Source of the DNA: Octopus vulgaris
Lineage: Eukaryota
DNA length: 64,000 bases
Direction of reading: 5' to 3'
Assembly (NCBI GenBank): GCA_951406725.2
Contig: OX597823.1
Coordinates: forward strand, 4,278,001 to 4,342,000
Made by a program: the position numbers and the translations under genes. Of this stretch, positions 1 to 11,408 are shown piece after piece (within the stretch, counting starts at the first letter, position 1; each line of letters begins with the position of its first letter). The notes beneath the pieces were generated by a model. It did no database searches, had not been told where the DNA came from, and saw only the letters and a program-made list of their open reading frames with translations.

Positions 1-365
1 GATTTGGTTTCAATGGTTTCAATAAAAACTATATATATATATATATATATAATTTAAAAATAGGATAAAATCTTTATAAGAATTTATCAAGTAGTTAGCA
101 TGAAAAAGCTCATAAGAGAAAAAAACCATCAATTTTTCTGTTAAATATATTTATTTATCACACGCTAGGAGGGACTCTTAAAGTCAAAACTACCAAAATA
201 AATTTATTTATTTTGGTCGTATTCATTCATTCATTTTTTTTTTCACATTCGTTTTCCCATGCTAGTATGGGTTAGACAAATATATCATTGAGATATTCTT
301 TTACAAGAAAAGGATTTCTCATTCTCTTCTTGAAAGTTATGAATTGTTATTTTTCATTTGTTCAG

Positions 366-525
366 ACAAAGAAATCTAGAAGAGGCTCTACTGTTCTCTG
401 GACAATTCAATGATGCACTGCAAGCTCTGTTGGACTGGTTATCAAAATCTGAACCCAGTTTGTCTGAAGATCAACCTGTCCATGGTGATATTGAAACTGT
501 TAACAACCTTACAGAAATACACAAG
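366..525 (+). CDS. MACF1: Spectraplakin (MACF1/dystonin/Shot) internal exon, spectrin repeat; gene starts upstream of window
   Basis: ttcag| acceptor and AAG|gtaag donor; encodes [53 protein letters not shown], a typical spectraplakin spectrin repeat. Confidence 0.93.
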
Positions 526-1342
526 GTAAGCAGTCTTCTTTCACCTCGACTGTCGAGGGTTTGTTTTGTTAGTTTGTTTGTTTTTAGAATATAGTATTTA
601 TTTTATTGACCCTATTAAAATTTCCATGGATGGAAAATGTCAATATAAAGCTGACTGTATTGATCTGGTCGGATATTGAATTATCTAATGAGATCAATAA
701 AAACTGGGATGTTATGGATGAAAAAGACATTTCAGTTGAACCATAAGAATCAAGGTTCAATTCCAACAAGAAACTGAGTCTTCACATGCTTTTCTGTTTA
801 TCGACTCATTTTATCTCATTTCCACTAATGTCTAATGATTTACATTCAGCTTTTAAATGGTATTTTACACTTTATTTCATAAATAAAATTTCAAAATATA
901 CAGCAAGATTATATTAAATTATATTATCAATGACTTGTTAAAGAAAACAGCAGTGTTTTTATTTTTATAGTTGAGACGTGCAACACATTTCTGACTTATA
1001 AATATGATACAGGATGCATAAAACAAATCATAGTCAACAAATACATGCTGTACGCAAGTTCAAACCATGATGATAACTAAAAAGAAAACGGTAAAGAATT
1101 AGCTACATGAAGACATTATTGCCATCTGCCTAACTTTACTAGTGCCATGCCGATGGCTGTGTAAAATAGGGGAGATTTTTCTGCCACACTTTGTGTAGTT
1201 CACATTTCTAACAATAATCCTAAATACTTGGTGTATTTCACGCTTCTGGGACAACCATCAAATACCTGACACATTTTATGCTTCTAATGCTTATTCTAAA
1301 TTTGATACAAATATTAATTTCTTTTCTCTTTCTCTTTTAAAG

Positions 1343-1537
1343 GCTTTCCAACAAGAATTGGGTGCCAGATCTAAGACTGTTTCTTTTGTACGCAATGCTG
1401 CCAAAGAACTGATAGGAAAATCCGAAGAAGACACAAGTCAACAACAAGCACAGTTGATAGAACTAACAACTCTATGGGACCGTATATGTACATTGAGTGT
1501 TAACAAACAAGGACGTCTAGAACAAGCTCAGAGAATG
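1343..1537 (+). CDS. MACF1: Spectraplakin exon, spectrin repeat
   Basis: ttttaaag| ... ATG|gttagt; phase 0-0; AFQQELGARSKTV...LTTLWDRICTLSVNKQGRLEQAQRM. Confidence 0.93.
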
Positions 1538-3144
1538 GTTAGTTTCCTTTAAGATGTGAAAAGTATTATAAAGCCATCAGCAGATTTCATTAGGGTTATT
1601 CAATTAATTTGGTTGAATATTATAACCATTATTCCATGTTCATATTGATCGGATGGAATTCATTGAGGTAGATTTTTTTCCATGGCCAGATGCTCTTTTT
1701 CTTACCAACCCTCACCTGTTTCCAAGCTAGGGTGTTTTTCCCCATGGTTAGACAGGTCTTTCATGGAAGACTTGAAATGAATGACCTCACATGCACAATG
1801 GTGATGCTCATCTACAACCACCAGTCTCTCACACACACACACACACAAGCTTCTCTCAGTTTCTCTCGACCAAATTGGTCATTCCAGGGCTGCAGCTGAA
1901 GACACTTGGACTAGCTGCCGTGCAGTGAGACTGAACCTAAAATCTTAACCAATCAGCTATCAAAATAAAACTGGACATGGTGTAACTTTATACGCAGACA
2001 ATACAAACCTGTCAGCTATAAGCGTGTCTTCTTCTTTGGACTGAAGGCTCAAATTATTGATCCACTCTGGCCCTCCACCCCTGTCTGCCCTGTGTCAGTC
2101 TGCACATTGTCAGTTACATCATAGGGGGTGGGCAGGGGACAACACAAGAGATGGAGTCCCTAAGTTTCCTTTCTCAATCACAGTACCAACTAACAAAGAG
2201 GTTCATCTCTGCTGCATAAAATACATTGTGGTTCTCTGTATTATGCAAGACATTGATCAGGAAAATCAAGTGAGTCATTTCTCCAGCCTCTCATGATATC
2301 CAGTGTCCTGCTGCCAACAGCTTCACCGTAACCCAAGCTTGGAGAGCTGATAGAATGCTACCCCTGCTCAAGGGAACTTCAGGGTGCAGCTTAACATCAT
2401 GCCCAGAATATGTAGTAAATGTAAATAGATATTCCAGCGATTTCAACATTGAGTACTCTAGTTGTTTCAACTTCACTCCTCCTCTTTGAATTTTAGCCAT
2501 AAGTGACTGAGTATCCCACATATACTCGTACTGTTAACATAATCCTTAGTCAGAATCAGCACAACACTTTTAGATGCTTAAGCTAAAAGGTAAATATTTA
2601 AAATAAAAAATGTTAATTGGCAATCCGTCAGGGTTCCAGTTGGTCTGATCAATGGAACAGCCTACTTGTGAAATTAACATACAAGTGGCTGAGGACTCCA
2701 CAGACACACATACCCTTCATGTAGTTCTCAGGGAGATATAGCGTGACACAATGTGACAAGGCTGGCCCTTTGAAACATAGGTACTAATCATTTTTGCCAG
2801 CTGAGTGGACTGGAACAACGTGAAATAAAAGGTCTTGCTTAAGAATACATTGCACTGCTGGGAAATGAACTCGCGATCTTAAAATCATGAGCTAAATACC
2901 CTAACCACTAAGCCACATGCCTTCACTATTCAGAAAACTACAAATTGGTGTCGAGAAAAATATTTTGGGGAGACATAAACATCAACTGCTTTGAAAAGGG
3001 AAATGAAATCTAAAGAAAAGAACAAGCAATGAATGGCTTTGTAAGCTTTACTGATTATCACTCTTCTCAAATGTCTCTTATTTGCACACACACACACACA
3101 CACACACATGATTTGTCTTTTCTGTGTTTTCTTTTAATTTAAAG

Positions 3145-3273
3145 GCTGAAGACTTCCATAAAAAGGCCCAGAGTTTATTGGATTGGTTAGCTGAAGCAGA
3201 AAGGCAGCTTCGCTATCAAGGATCTTTCCCTGATGATGAACAGGCTTTGCTGAAGCTGAGGGATGACCACAAG
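3145..3273 (+). CDS. MACF1: Spectraplakin exon, spectrin repeat
   Basis: tttaaag| ... AAG|gtattt; 129 nt; AEDFHKKAQSLLDWLAEAERQLRYQGSFPDDEQALLKLRDDHK. Confidence 0.93.
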
Positions 3274-3763
3274 GTATTTCATTCATTCTGAAAGTTGTTG
3301 GAAATATTGTTTAAAACATTCATGAAATAATAAGAAATGTAATAAGGACGAAAGTAGTTCTTTCTACTGAAAGCTCAAGGCCTGAGATGTGTGGGGAGGG
3401 GCAAGTTGAATAGATCGACCCTGAAAGGATGAAAGGCAAAGTCAGCCTTGGCAGAATTTGAACTCAAAATGTAAAGAGTCAGAAAAAATGCTAACATTTT
3501 GTCTGACATTCCAATGATTCTTCCTGCTTGCTGCCTTAATAATAATCTTTCTATTATCGGCACAAAGCCTGAAATCTTGCAGGGGGAGGGGTGAGTTGAT
3601 AACATCAACCCCAGTACTCAACTGGTATCATATTTTATCAACCCCAAAAAGATGAAAGGCAAAGCTGACCTTGGCAGAATTTGAACTCAGAATGTAAAGC
3701 TGGACAAAATGCCACTCAGCATTTTGCCCTGCAGACTAACCATTCTGCCAGTTCAATACTTTC

Positions 3764-3812
<49 letters not shown>

Positions 3813-4481
3813 CTCTGAAATGATTTGAGCAATTATTAAAATCATATTTCAAGGAAAATTTAAGATAATTCCTTTCTGTACTCTGAAAGCACCCACCACA
3901 CTCTTAGTGGTTGGTGTTAGGAAGGGCATCCAGCTATAGAAACATTGCCAGATCAGATTGGAGCCTGGTGTGGCCTCCTGGTTTACCAGTCCCCAGTCAA
4001 ACCGTCCAACCCATGCCAGCATGGAAAATGGACGTTAGACGATGATGATGATGAATACTACTTTCAGGAGTCCAGAAAGGAATTATCCTAAATTTTCCAA
4101 GAAATATGATTTTAATAATTGCTCAAATCATTTTAGGGTCTCTTCAGAGTCATTCAAATAACTGATCCAGTTAACTGATAGGTTGTCTGTATTCTCTTTA
4201 ACCATTAAACTATCATCAATTTGTCTCATTAAGGAACAGTGGACATCAATTGATATTTCAAAAACCCTACATGAATACAGCTATGATCAAGAAAAGTGAA
4301 TATTTTACAGCACTTTTTGATAACGGGTTTGGACATTTATTGTATGGCAGACTAACAATTATTATAATTTTTGTATTTAAAGTAAAAAATATAACAATAA
4401 TCCTTCAGAAAATGTGATTCCTTTGTGTTTTGCTTATTTGGCAAACTTTCTCCATAATTTAACAGTTAAATAAGTCTTTAA

Positions 4482-4702
4482 CCCTTTTGTTACTGTATTT
4501 ATTTTGAGATGCTTTGTGTTTCTTTCAATTACTTTAAGTATAACAAAGAATTTAGTAAAATAACTCCGTTATCAATTCAGCTAGTGTTAGGAACATAAAT
4601 TGTGACTAAGATTTGGTGGAAGATATTAATTCAAAACTTATGAAAACCAGACATTTGTACTCTGAGCCAGAAGCAGTTTCAGCCAGGCTGGTAACGAAAA
4701 GG
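4482..4702. mobile_element. piggyBac-type MITE
   Basis: TTAA|CCCTTTTGTTAC...GTAACGAAAAGG|TTAA; TIR like the 38.9-kb element; related copies at about 25320-25536 and 35101-35246. Confidence 0.75.
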
Positions 4703-4843
4703 TTAATATCACCTCAAAAAGTGATGTTTTAGCATGGACTAAAAAAAAACTACTGGTTTCAACTTTGCCTATAAAAGATACCACCTCAAATTATATTACA
4801 GATTTTGATATAAATATATATTTTTTTTTTTTCTCAATTCCAG

Positions 4844-4987
4844 AAATTCGAAGAAAATCTCCTGTCTAAAGAAGCCGATTTAAGAGAAGCCTTGACCATT
4901 GGTCAAGAAATAATTGCCCGTTGCCATCCTGATTCCCTGTCATCACTGAAAAATTGGCTTTCAGTATTACGGGCTCGGTGGGAAGAG
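4844..4987 (+). CDS. MACF1: Spectraplakin exon, spectrin repeat
   Basis: ttccag| ... GAG|gtaaaa; 144 nt; KFEENLLSKEADLREALTIGQEIIARCHPDSLSSLKNWLSVLRARWEE. Confidence 0.93.
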
Positions 4988-5239
4988 GTAAAAATGTCTT
5001 TCTTTTATCCACCAACAATTTCTGGAAGGATTTAGTTCCATCAAGAATTTCATCCTTTTATTGGTTTCTGTCATTTCAGGGTTTAGTGATGGGGGACAAA
5101 CACAAAGGCACACACACACATAGATATATATGCATACATATAGTAAATCCAAAAAGAAAAATGAAGAACAAACACAAAAATAACGCAAGTATGTGGTACA
5201 TGCAAAGTATTAGCAGACGCTCAGAAGGAAAGAAAGATG

Positions 5240-5275
5240 GTTTAACGTTTCGAGCAGACGCTCTTCTTCAGAAAC
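5240..5275 (-). ncRNA. Minimal type I hammerhead ribozyme motif in a short repeat
   Basis: Minus: GUUU-CUGAAGA-A-GAGC(GUCU)GCUC-GAAA-CGU-U-AAAC; stems I and II pair, palindromic ACGU stem III. Confidence 0.75.
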
Positions 5276-5331
5276 AGAGCAAAGTCCAATAGAAAAAGGA
5301 GGAGGAAGAAAATCGCCAACAATTCACATGT

Positions 5332-5376
<45 letters not shown>

Positions 5377-5571
5377 GGGTTTCTGTCTACCAAATCCATG
5401 CAGAAGGCTTTGGTTGGCCTGAGGCTAAAGTAGAAGACACTTGCCCAAGGTGCTATGCAGTGGAACCGAACCTAGAACCATGGGGTTAGGAAGCAAATTC
5501 TTACCACTCAGCCACATCTGTGCCTATAATTTGTCACATTTTAATTATTTTTTCTTTTTTACTTTAACCAG

Positions 5572-5760
5572 TTAACCTCCTGGTCCCGGCAACGAGGCTT
5601 ACGTTTGGCAGATGGTCTGAAGGTTATGCGCCAGAACGCAGCCATTCTTGAAAATCTGCTTCAATGGCTGGCTGATGCTGAAGGTACATTGTTGAACCAA
5701 AACCAAATGGCTATACCCGAAAATCTGGAAGTTATCAATCAACTTATAAAAGATCATCAG
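5572..5760 (+). CDS. MACF1: Spectraplakin exon, spectrin repeat
   Basis: aaccag| ... CAG|gtcttt; 189 nt; LTSWSRQRGLRLADGL...LLQWLADAEGTL...QLIKDHQ. Confidence 0.92.
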
Positions 5761-6001
5761 GTCTTTATATATTTTTGCATTTACATTTTTTCTACCTTCT
5801 CTTTATCTATTTCCCTCTTCTGTTAACTACGTAACTTTGCTTTTGTTATTATAATTAATCTATAACGATCATTGCTGTCCTAAATGGATTCTTGAAATGA
5901 ATATTTTCCTTTTTAATCAGTGAACATTCTATTTTAATATTTTTTGTTTGTTCCTAACCAATATTGTATCCATTATCACTGGTTGTCTGTTTGTGTTGTA
6001 G

Positions 6002-6141
6002 GACTTACAAGGTGATATCTCATCAAAACAACCAGAAATTGATAAATTAACGAAGACTGAGAAGAGGCGGTTGTCAACGACAGCAGAATCTTCTCAAATC
6101 CCCATATTTAGGAAAACTAGAAAGTCTTTTAGCAATATAAG
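6002..6141 (+). CDS. MACF1: Spectraplakin exon, last spectrin repeat/linker
   Basis: ttgtag| ... AG|gtaaag; phase 0-2; DLQGDISSKQPEIDKLTKTEKRRLSTTAESSQIPIFRKTRKSFSNI. Confidence 0.9.
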
Positions 6142-7205
6142 GTAAAGTTCTTTTTGCTTTGTGGGAGATGAGGGAGCAGTAGGATTGGGTATTGTTTAAC
6201 CCCAAGGTCACCCTTATGATTAAAGGAGTTCTAACCATGACTATCCTGTCTTTTATTCATGTATCACAGTATTGACCAGACCATCAGATGCTGTTATACA
6301 CTGCTGGTCACAATACGCTTCCAATTCTATCTTGATAGTGCCATTTTTTTTCCATCTCGACCCTAATTAGTTAACTAGATCTTTCCATTGTCATGGAGAC
6401 CTTCCAAGTGGCCTGTTTCGATCTCTTGGATACCACTCGACAACTGCACAAGTCCACCTGTTGTCAGTGTCTCTTGGATCTAAAATTGTATTTTTTAGTT
6501 TTTTTCTTCAATTTATGTAACTCTGTAATAATGGTTTCTGAATTAGGCACAAGGCCAGCAGTTTTGTGGGAGCAGGTGAGGCTGATGATGCCATAAGACA
6601 GGTACTTGACTGGTCCTTGCATCTAGCAAGAGACTGTGACCCCTGAAAGAAGCAGCTTTCATAGTAGGAAATGAGGCAAAGTGACATCAAAATGGGGTTT
6701 CTTGCTGTAGAGAAGCTACACAACTACTCATCTGATAGAAGAGAGGATGGGGTAGAGCTAGGAAGAGCTAAAGTAGTGATGATAAGGTGTGTGTTGTTTC
6801 TTAACCCTGTCACACTGTCACACTGAAACCTCATCTCTGCTGGATTCCTAGTAAAGCAGTCATGAACTACACTTGTAGAAAAAGAAGATTCTGTCCATTG
6901 GTTTGCCTGAAATCGTTACTCTTGAGCTGTGTATGCAACTAATTATTTTTTGGCCGAGGTGGGGGGGGGGGTAAAGTTAGACACAGGGGCCCAGGTTTGA
7001 AGGGGCTAAAGTATGAAATGAATGGAGACAGTAGAATGGGGTGTGCGTGGGTAGAGGTTGCAAGATGGGGAACAGCTGACAGGGGTGGAGTGAATATAAT
7101 AAATGAAGAACTTGTGTTTACAGATATTATTCCTCTGTAAAAGATGAAAAAATTTCTGTTGAAGAATAAGAATTTCTTAAATATTACTTTTTATTTTGCA
7201 TCTAG

Positions 7206-7510
7206 TCGAGACACTGGCCGCCGTACACCAGATCCTCAATTCAAAAACCCACGAGTTGGGGCTCTGTTTACCAAATGGCAGCAAGTGTGGCTTCTGGCTA
7301 TGGACCGACAAAGAAAACTACAAGATGCCCAAGAATATATGAATGAAGTCGAGAGAATGAAGAACTTTGACTTTGATGATTGGCGGAAACGCTACCTACG
7401 TTGGATGCATCATAATAAGTCGAGAATTATGGACTTCTTCAGGCGTCAAGACAAAGACCATGACGGAAAAGTCACTCGTAAAGAATTTATTGATGGAATC
7501 ATATCTTCAA
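7206..7510 (+). CDS. MACF1: Spectraplakin exon, end of spectrin rod and EF-hand 1
   Basis: tctag| ... A|gtgagt; phase 2-1; [19 protein letters not shown]...[47 protein letters not shown], diagnostic of MACF1/DST/Shot. Confidence 0.97.
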
Positions 7511-7928
7511 GTGAGTTTCTTACTTTTGCTGCTACTACTACTACTACTACTACAATACTTGTTTTATGTCTGTTTTTACATGCTAGCATGAGTTAGATGA
7601 ATATATTGTTGGGGCATTGTGAAACAGCTGGTTACCCTTACTCGCTTTTCAACAAAGAAATCTCTTACCACACATGGTTTTGAAAGTGAAAAGCTAACAG
7701 ATATTTTGTTGACAGGGAAAATAACAAAAGTAACATTAGTCCTTGCTTGTGGCTCAAAGATTTTCAGAGAAGCACAAATGTACACATGCATGCACACACA
7801 CAAAATAGGCTTCTTTCAGTTTCCGTCTATCAAATCCATTCACATGAATTTTAATTTAATTTTCATCTTTTGGGATTCAGTTTCCCCACAGTTATTCTGT
7901 CTAATGTGATATATTTTTATATTACCAG

Positions 7929-8041
7929 AATTCCCCACAACAAAACTAGAAATGGAGGCTGTGGCCAATATATTTGATAAAGATGAAGATGGCTACATAA
8001 ACTACAAAGAATTTGTTGCAGCTCTGAGACCCGATAGGGAT
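7929..8041 (+). CDS. MACF1: Spectraplakin exon, EF-hand 2
   Basis: taccag| ... GAT|gtaagt; [38 protein letters not shown]. Confidence 0.97.
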
Positions 8042-9472
8042 GTAAGTATCCACATTGTTAGAGTTTCTCTTCATACATTGGGTTTTTTTCCTTTTTCTTA
8101 TCAGACAAATGAAACCCCAGTGAGGTCAGCAAACCACTGAGTGAGGTGTTGCATTGAGGGAAGTGGCTCTATACCTGGTGTTGAGAAGTTAAGGTTTGAT
8201 AGAGGGACAGGTGTAGGGGCCAAGCATCTTGCCATAAAAGAGATATGTGGCTAACCTGAATGGAAAGAGATGATGAGGTGTCAGGGCCTACCGTCAAGGT
8301 ACAAATTGAATATCAGAAAGAATTGGGACAATGGGAAAAGATTTTGAATTTATTTTGCAAGTAATTTTATCTGGAACTCATCATCATCGTTTAACGTCCG
8401 TTTTCCATGCTGGCATGGGTTGGATGGTTCGACCGGGGTCTGGAGAGCCAGTGGCTGCACCAGGCTCCAGTCTGATCTGGCAGTGTTTCTACAGCTGGAT
8501 GCCCTTCCTTATGCCAACCACTCCGTGAGTGTAGTGGGTACCTTTTACGTGCCACCGGCATAGGTGCCAGGGGAGGCTGGCAATGGTCACAATTGGTTGG
8601 TGATTTTTACATGCCACCAGCACAGAAGCCAGTCAAGGTTTGAAGTTAGCCCTGATCCCACAGACTTCAGATCAGAAACATTTCAACTGACCATCTGAAA
8701 ATCTCAGAAACAAGATAGCAGGTACAAATTGAGAGAGATTTGGCTGCTATTTCTAACAGGTTGAGTGACTATCTAAAAATGATAAATCTCCTTTCTGAAT
8801 CATATCTACCCAGCTTCTGTGGTGTGTATATTCCCTGCTGGACGAGAAGCTGATCCCTTGCTGTATTTTTGGCAGCTAGGTGGACTGGATCAATGCTAAG
8901 TGAAGTGTATTGCTCAAGAACACATCACATTGCCCTGTCTAGGAATCATAACCACAATCTTAGGACCATGAGTCCAACACCCTAAACACTAAGCCATGCA
9001 CCTCTATGAAGTGACTACATAAAGCCCCTCTTTCCCTACTTTCTATTGGCTCCTTATTCTTCATGGCATTCCATCAGCTACCTTCTCATCTTCTAATTGA
9101 GTAGGAAAAAACTAGGACTTACTACTACATTAAAATAATAATAATAATGGTTTCAAATTTTGGCCCAGGGCCAGCAGTCGGGGTCAGGGGAGTTGATTAC
9201 TTTGACCTCAGTATTTGACTGTTACTGATTTAATTGGTCCCAAAAGGATGGAAAGCGAAGTTGACTTTGGCAGAATTTGAACTCAGATCATAAAGTCAAA
9301 CGAACTACCGCTAAGCATTTTGTCTGGCATGCTAACAGTTCTTCCAACTTGCTGCCTTAACGACAACAGTAATAGCTACAATTTCTAGTTATTAGTAAAA
9401 ATTGTAATTAGCAAAAACTGCTCTGATTCCTGCTATGATATAATGGTGTCCTTGCAACGTGATTCTTTTCAG

Positions 9473-9589
9473 ACTGGTAAACCTGCAACAGACTCGGAGA
9501 GGATTCAAGATGAAGTAAGCAAACAAGTCGGACGATGTACCTGCGTTACTCAGTTCAGAATCCACAAAATTGGTGAAGGAAAATATCGG
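9473..9589 (+). CDS. MACF1: Spectraplakin exon, GAR (GAS2) domain N-half
   Basis: tttcag| ... CGG|gtcagt; TGKPATDSERIQDEVSKQVGRCTCVTQFRIHKIGEGKYR with the CxC zinc ligands. Confidence 0.97.
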
Positions 9590-9739
9590 GTCAGTAATAA
9601 TTCCTCCAGTCTTCCAATCAAATTCTTTAAACAATTCTCTTTTGCTTTAACTCGTCCTATTTCCTTCCCATTTCTCTTATTTATTTACATTAAGCTAATT
9701 TTTTTAATTATCTTTGTTTTCTTTTTCCTATTCCTCTAG

Positions 9740-9857
9740 TTTGGTGATTCACAAAAATTACGTCTTGTTCGGATTCTACGGAGCACAGTAATGGTACGCG
9801 TCGGCGGAGGCTGGGTTGCGTTAGATGAATTCCTCGTTAAAAACGATCCCTGCCGAG
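9740..9857 (+). CDS. MACF1: Spectraplakin exon, GAR (GAS2) domain C-half
   Basis: ctctag| ... G|gtaaag; [39 protein letters not shown], the canonical GAR motif. Confidence 0.98.
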
Positions 9858-11402
9858 GTAAAGTATATTTACAAGATAATTTTCTTTCAAAAAAATTTAC
9901 CAAATTCTTTAAAGTTTAAAAAATTTCTTTAAATGTTTTGTTTTATATAAAAATATTAATTTAAAAATATTCCTCATACAATTTTTTTTTTTAATAATTT
10001 CTTGGAAATTAACTTTAAAAATATTAATTGCAGACTCTGTTTTATCTTCAGTTGGAATTATTTTTCTATCATTTAAAGTTCTATCTTTTATTTTAAATAA
10101 TGGAACTATATTTCGTTGCTTCCTTGGTCAGCTGATAGCCTTTTTTGGTCGTAACTCATTTCCTGTATCAATTAAATTCGCTTTCATTTCAGAATTGTAA
10201 TAATTATGGCAGCAGATATTATCTGGAGGTCATGTTGTCATTTCTAATCCACATTTATTTCTCATTCTTGAAGAATTTTATAATTTCATCTAACTCCTCA
10301 TTCTCATTAATTCAATCTTGTTAATTTAACTTTTTCATCTTATGTAAAACCTTCATGAAGAACCATTAAACATTCATTTTGATACTTTTAATTAACAGTA
10401 GGACACAACTACATTTATCATCACCATTTACTATCATTATCATCATCATCATCATCATCGTTATTGTTGTCATCAAGTAACTGTCTCCCTTTTATTTTTT
10501 TTTATTTCTTACATCTAAAAATCATTCACAATTTCAGCTTTAGATTTTTTTTAAAACCCCACCCTACTACTGAATATCATTAATGCAGCCCTGTTTGCAA
10601 GACTGCCTTCAGGCTGTCCCTTGTTCCCTATTCTTCACGTCAGCTCCCCCTCCTCTCTAGAAGCATTGATCACACTGGCCACACTAAATTCAAACTGATT
10701 TTTGTTTCTAATCAGTTCAGATAATTCCATGTATTTTACCCTCAAATTACATTTACAGAAACCCTTCATTGTGCTACCATTCCATCACACAGAATTTCTA
10801 AACAGATCCAATACCATCATTGTGACCACCTCTCATCAAAATTCCATCTACTCCCATTTTTCTTTCTTTATTTTTTTTCAGTGTGTTTCAGTATCCTTCC
10901 CTCTCTTTCTCTTTATCACATTACCTCTTCTATTAATAATTCTTCACTGTATTTATTAAACTGAAAATCCAGCTCATATCACAGTGTAACTAACACAATA
11001 GAAACCAGTTTCTACCTCAAGGCTACACGTTCAGTGGTCTCCATTATTTTAGTGCCATTTTCCAAAAATATTACCTCTCCGACCTATGGATTACTCTGAC
11101 CAATTTCCTCACGTTGCAACCAGCATGTTTCTTCCTTATCTGCTCTTCAGAAAAACTCTCTCTTCCTTCTCCGTTTACCCTTCATCTCTGTTGCATGTAT
11201 TACACTTTAGTTCCATTTTATAGCCTCATTTGTTATGTCTTTAGCTCTGTTCTCTATGGGTTGGCTTGGTTTGTAAATCTTTATTGCTTCAAGCTGGTTT
11301 TATTACTGCTTAATGAAACCAAGTCTATGGCTTGATGCTTTTCCTGTTGTTGTCAACCATCAAACTGTAGCAGAATTTTTTTGTGTTATTTTATTCTTAT
11401 AG

Positions 11403-11408
11403 TTTCAG
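11403..11408 (+). CDS. MACF1: Candidate 6-nt microexon of spectraplakin (adds Val-Ser after DPCR)
   Basis: ttttttgtgttattttattcttatag|TTTCAG|gtaaga; strong sites, phase 1-1 and frame-preserving; no transcript evidence available. Confidence 0.45.
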
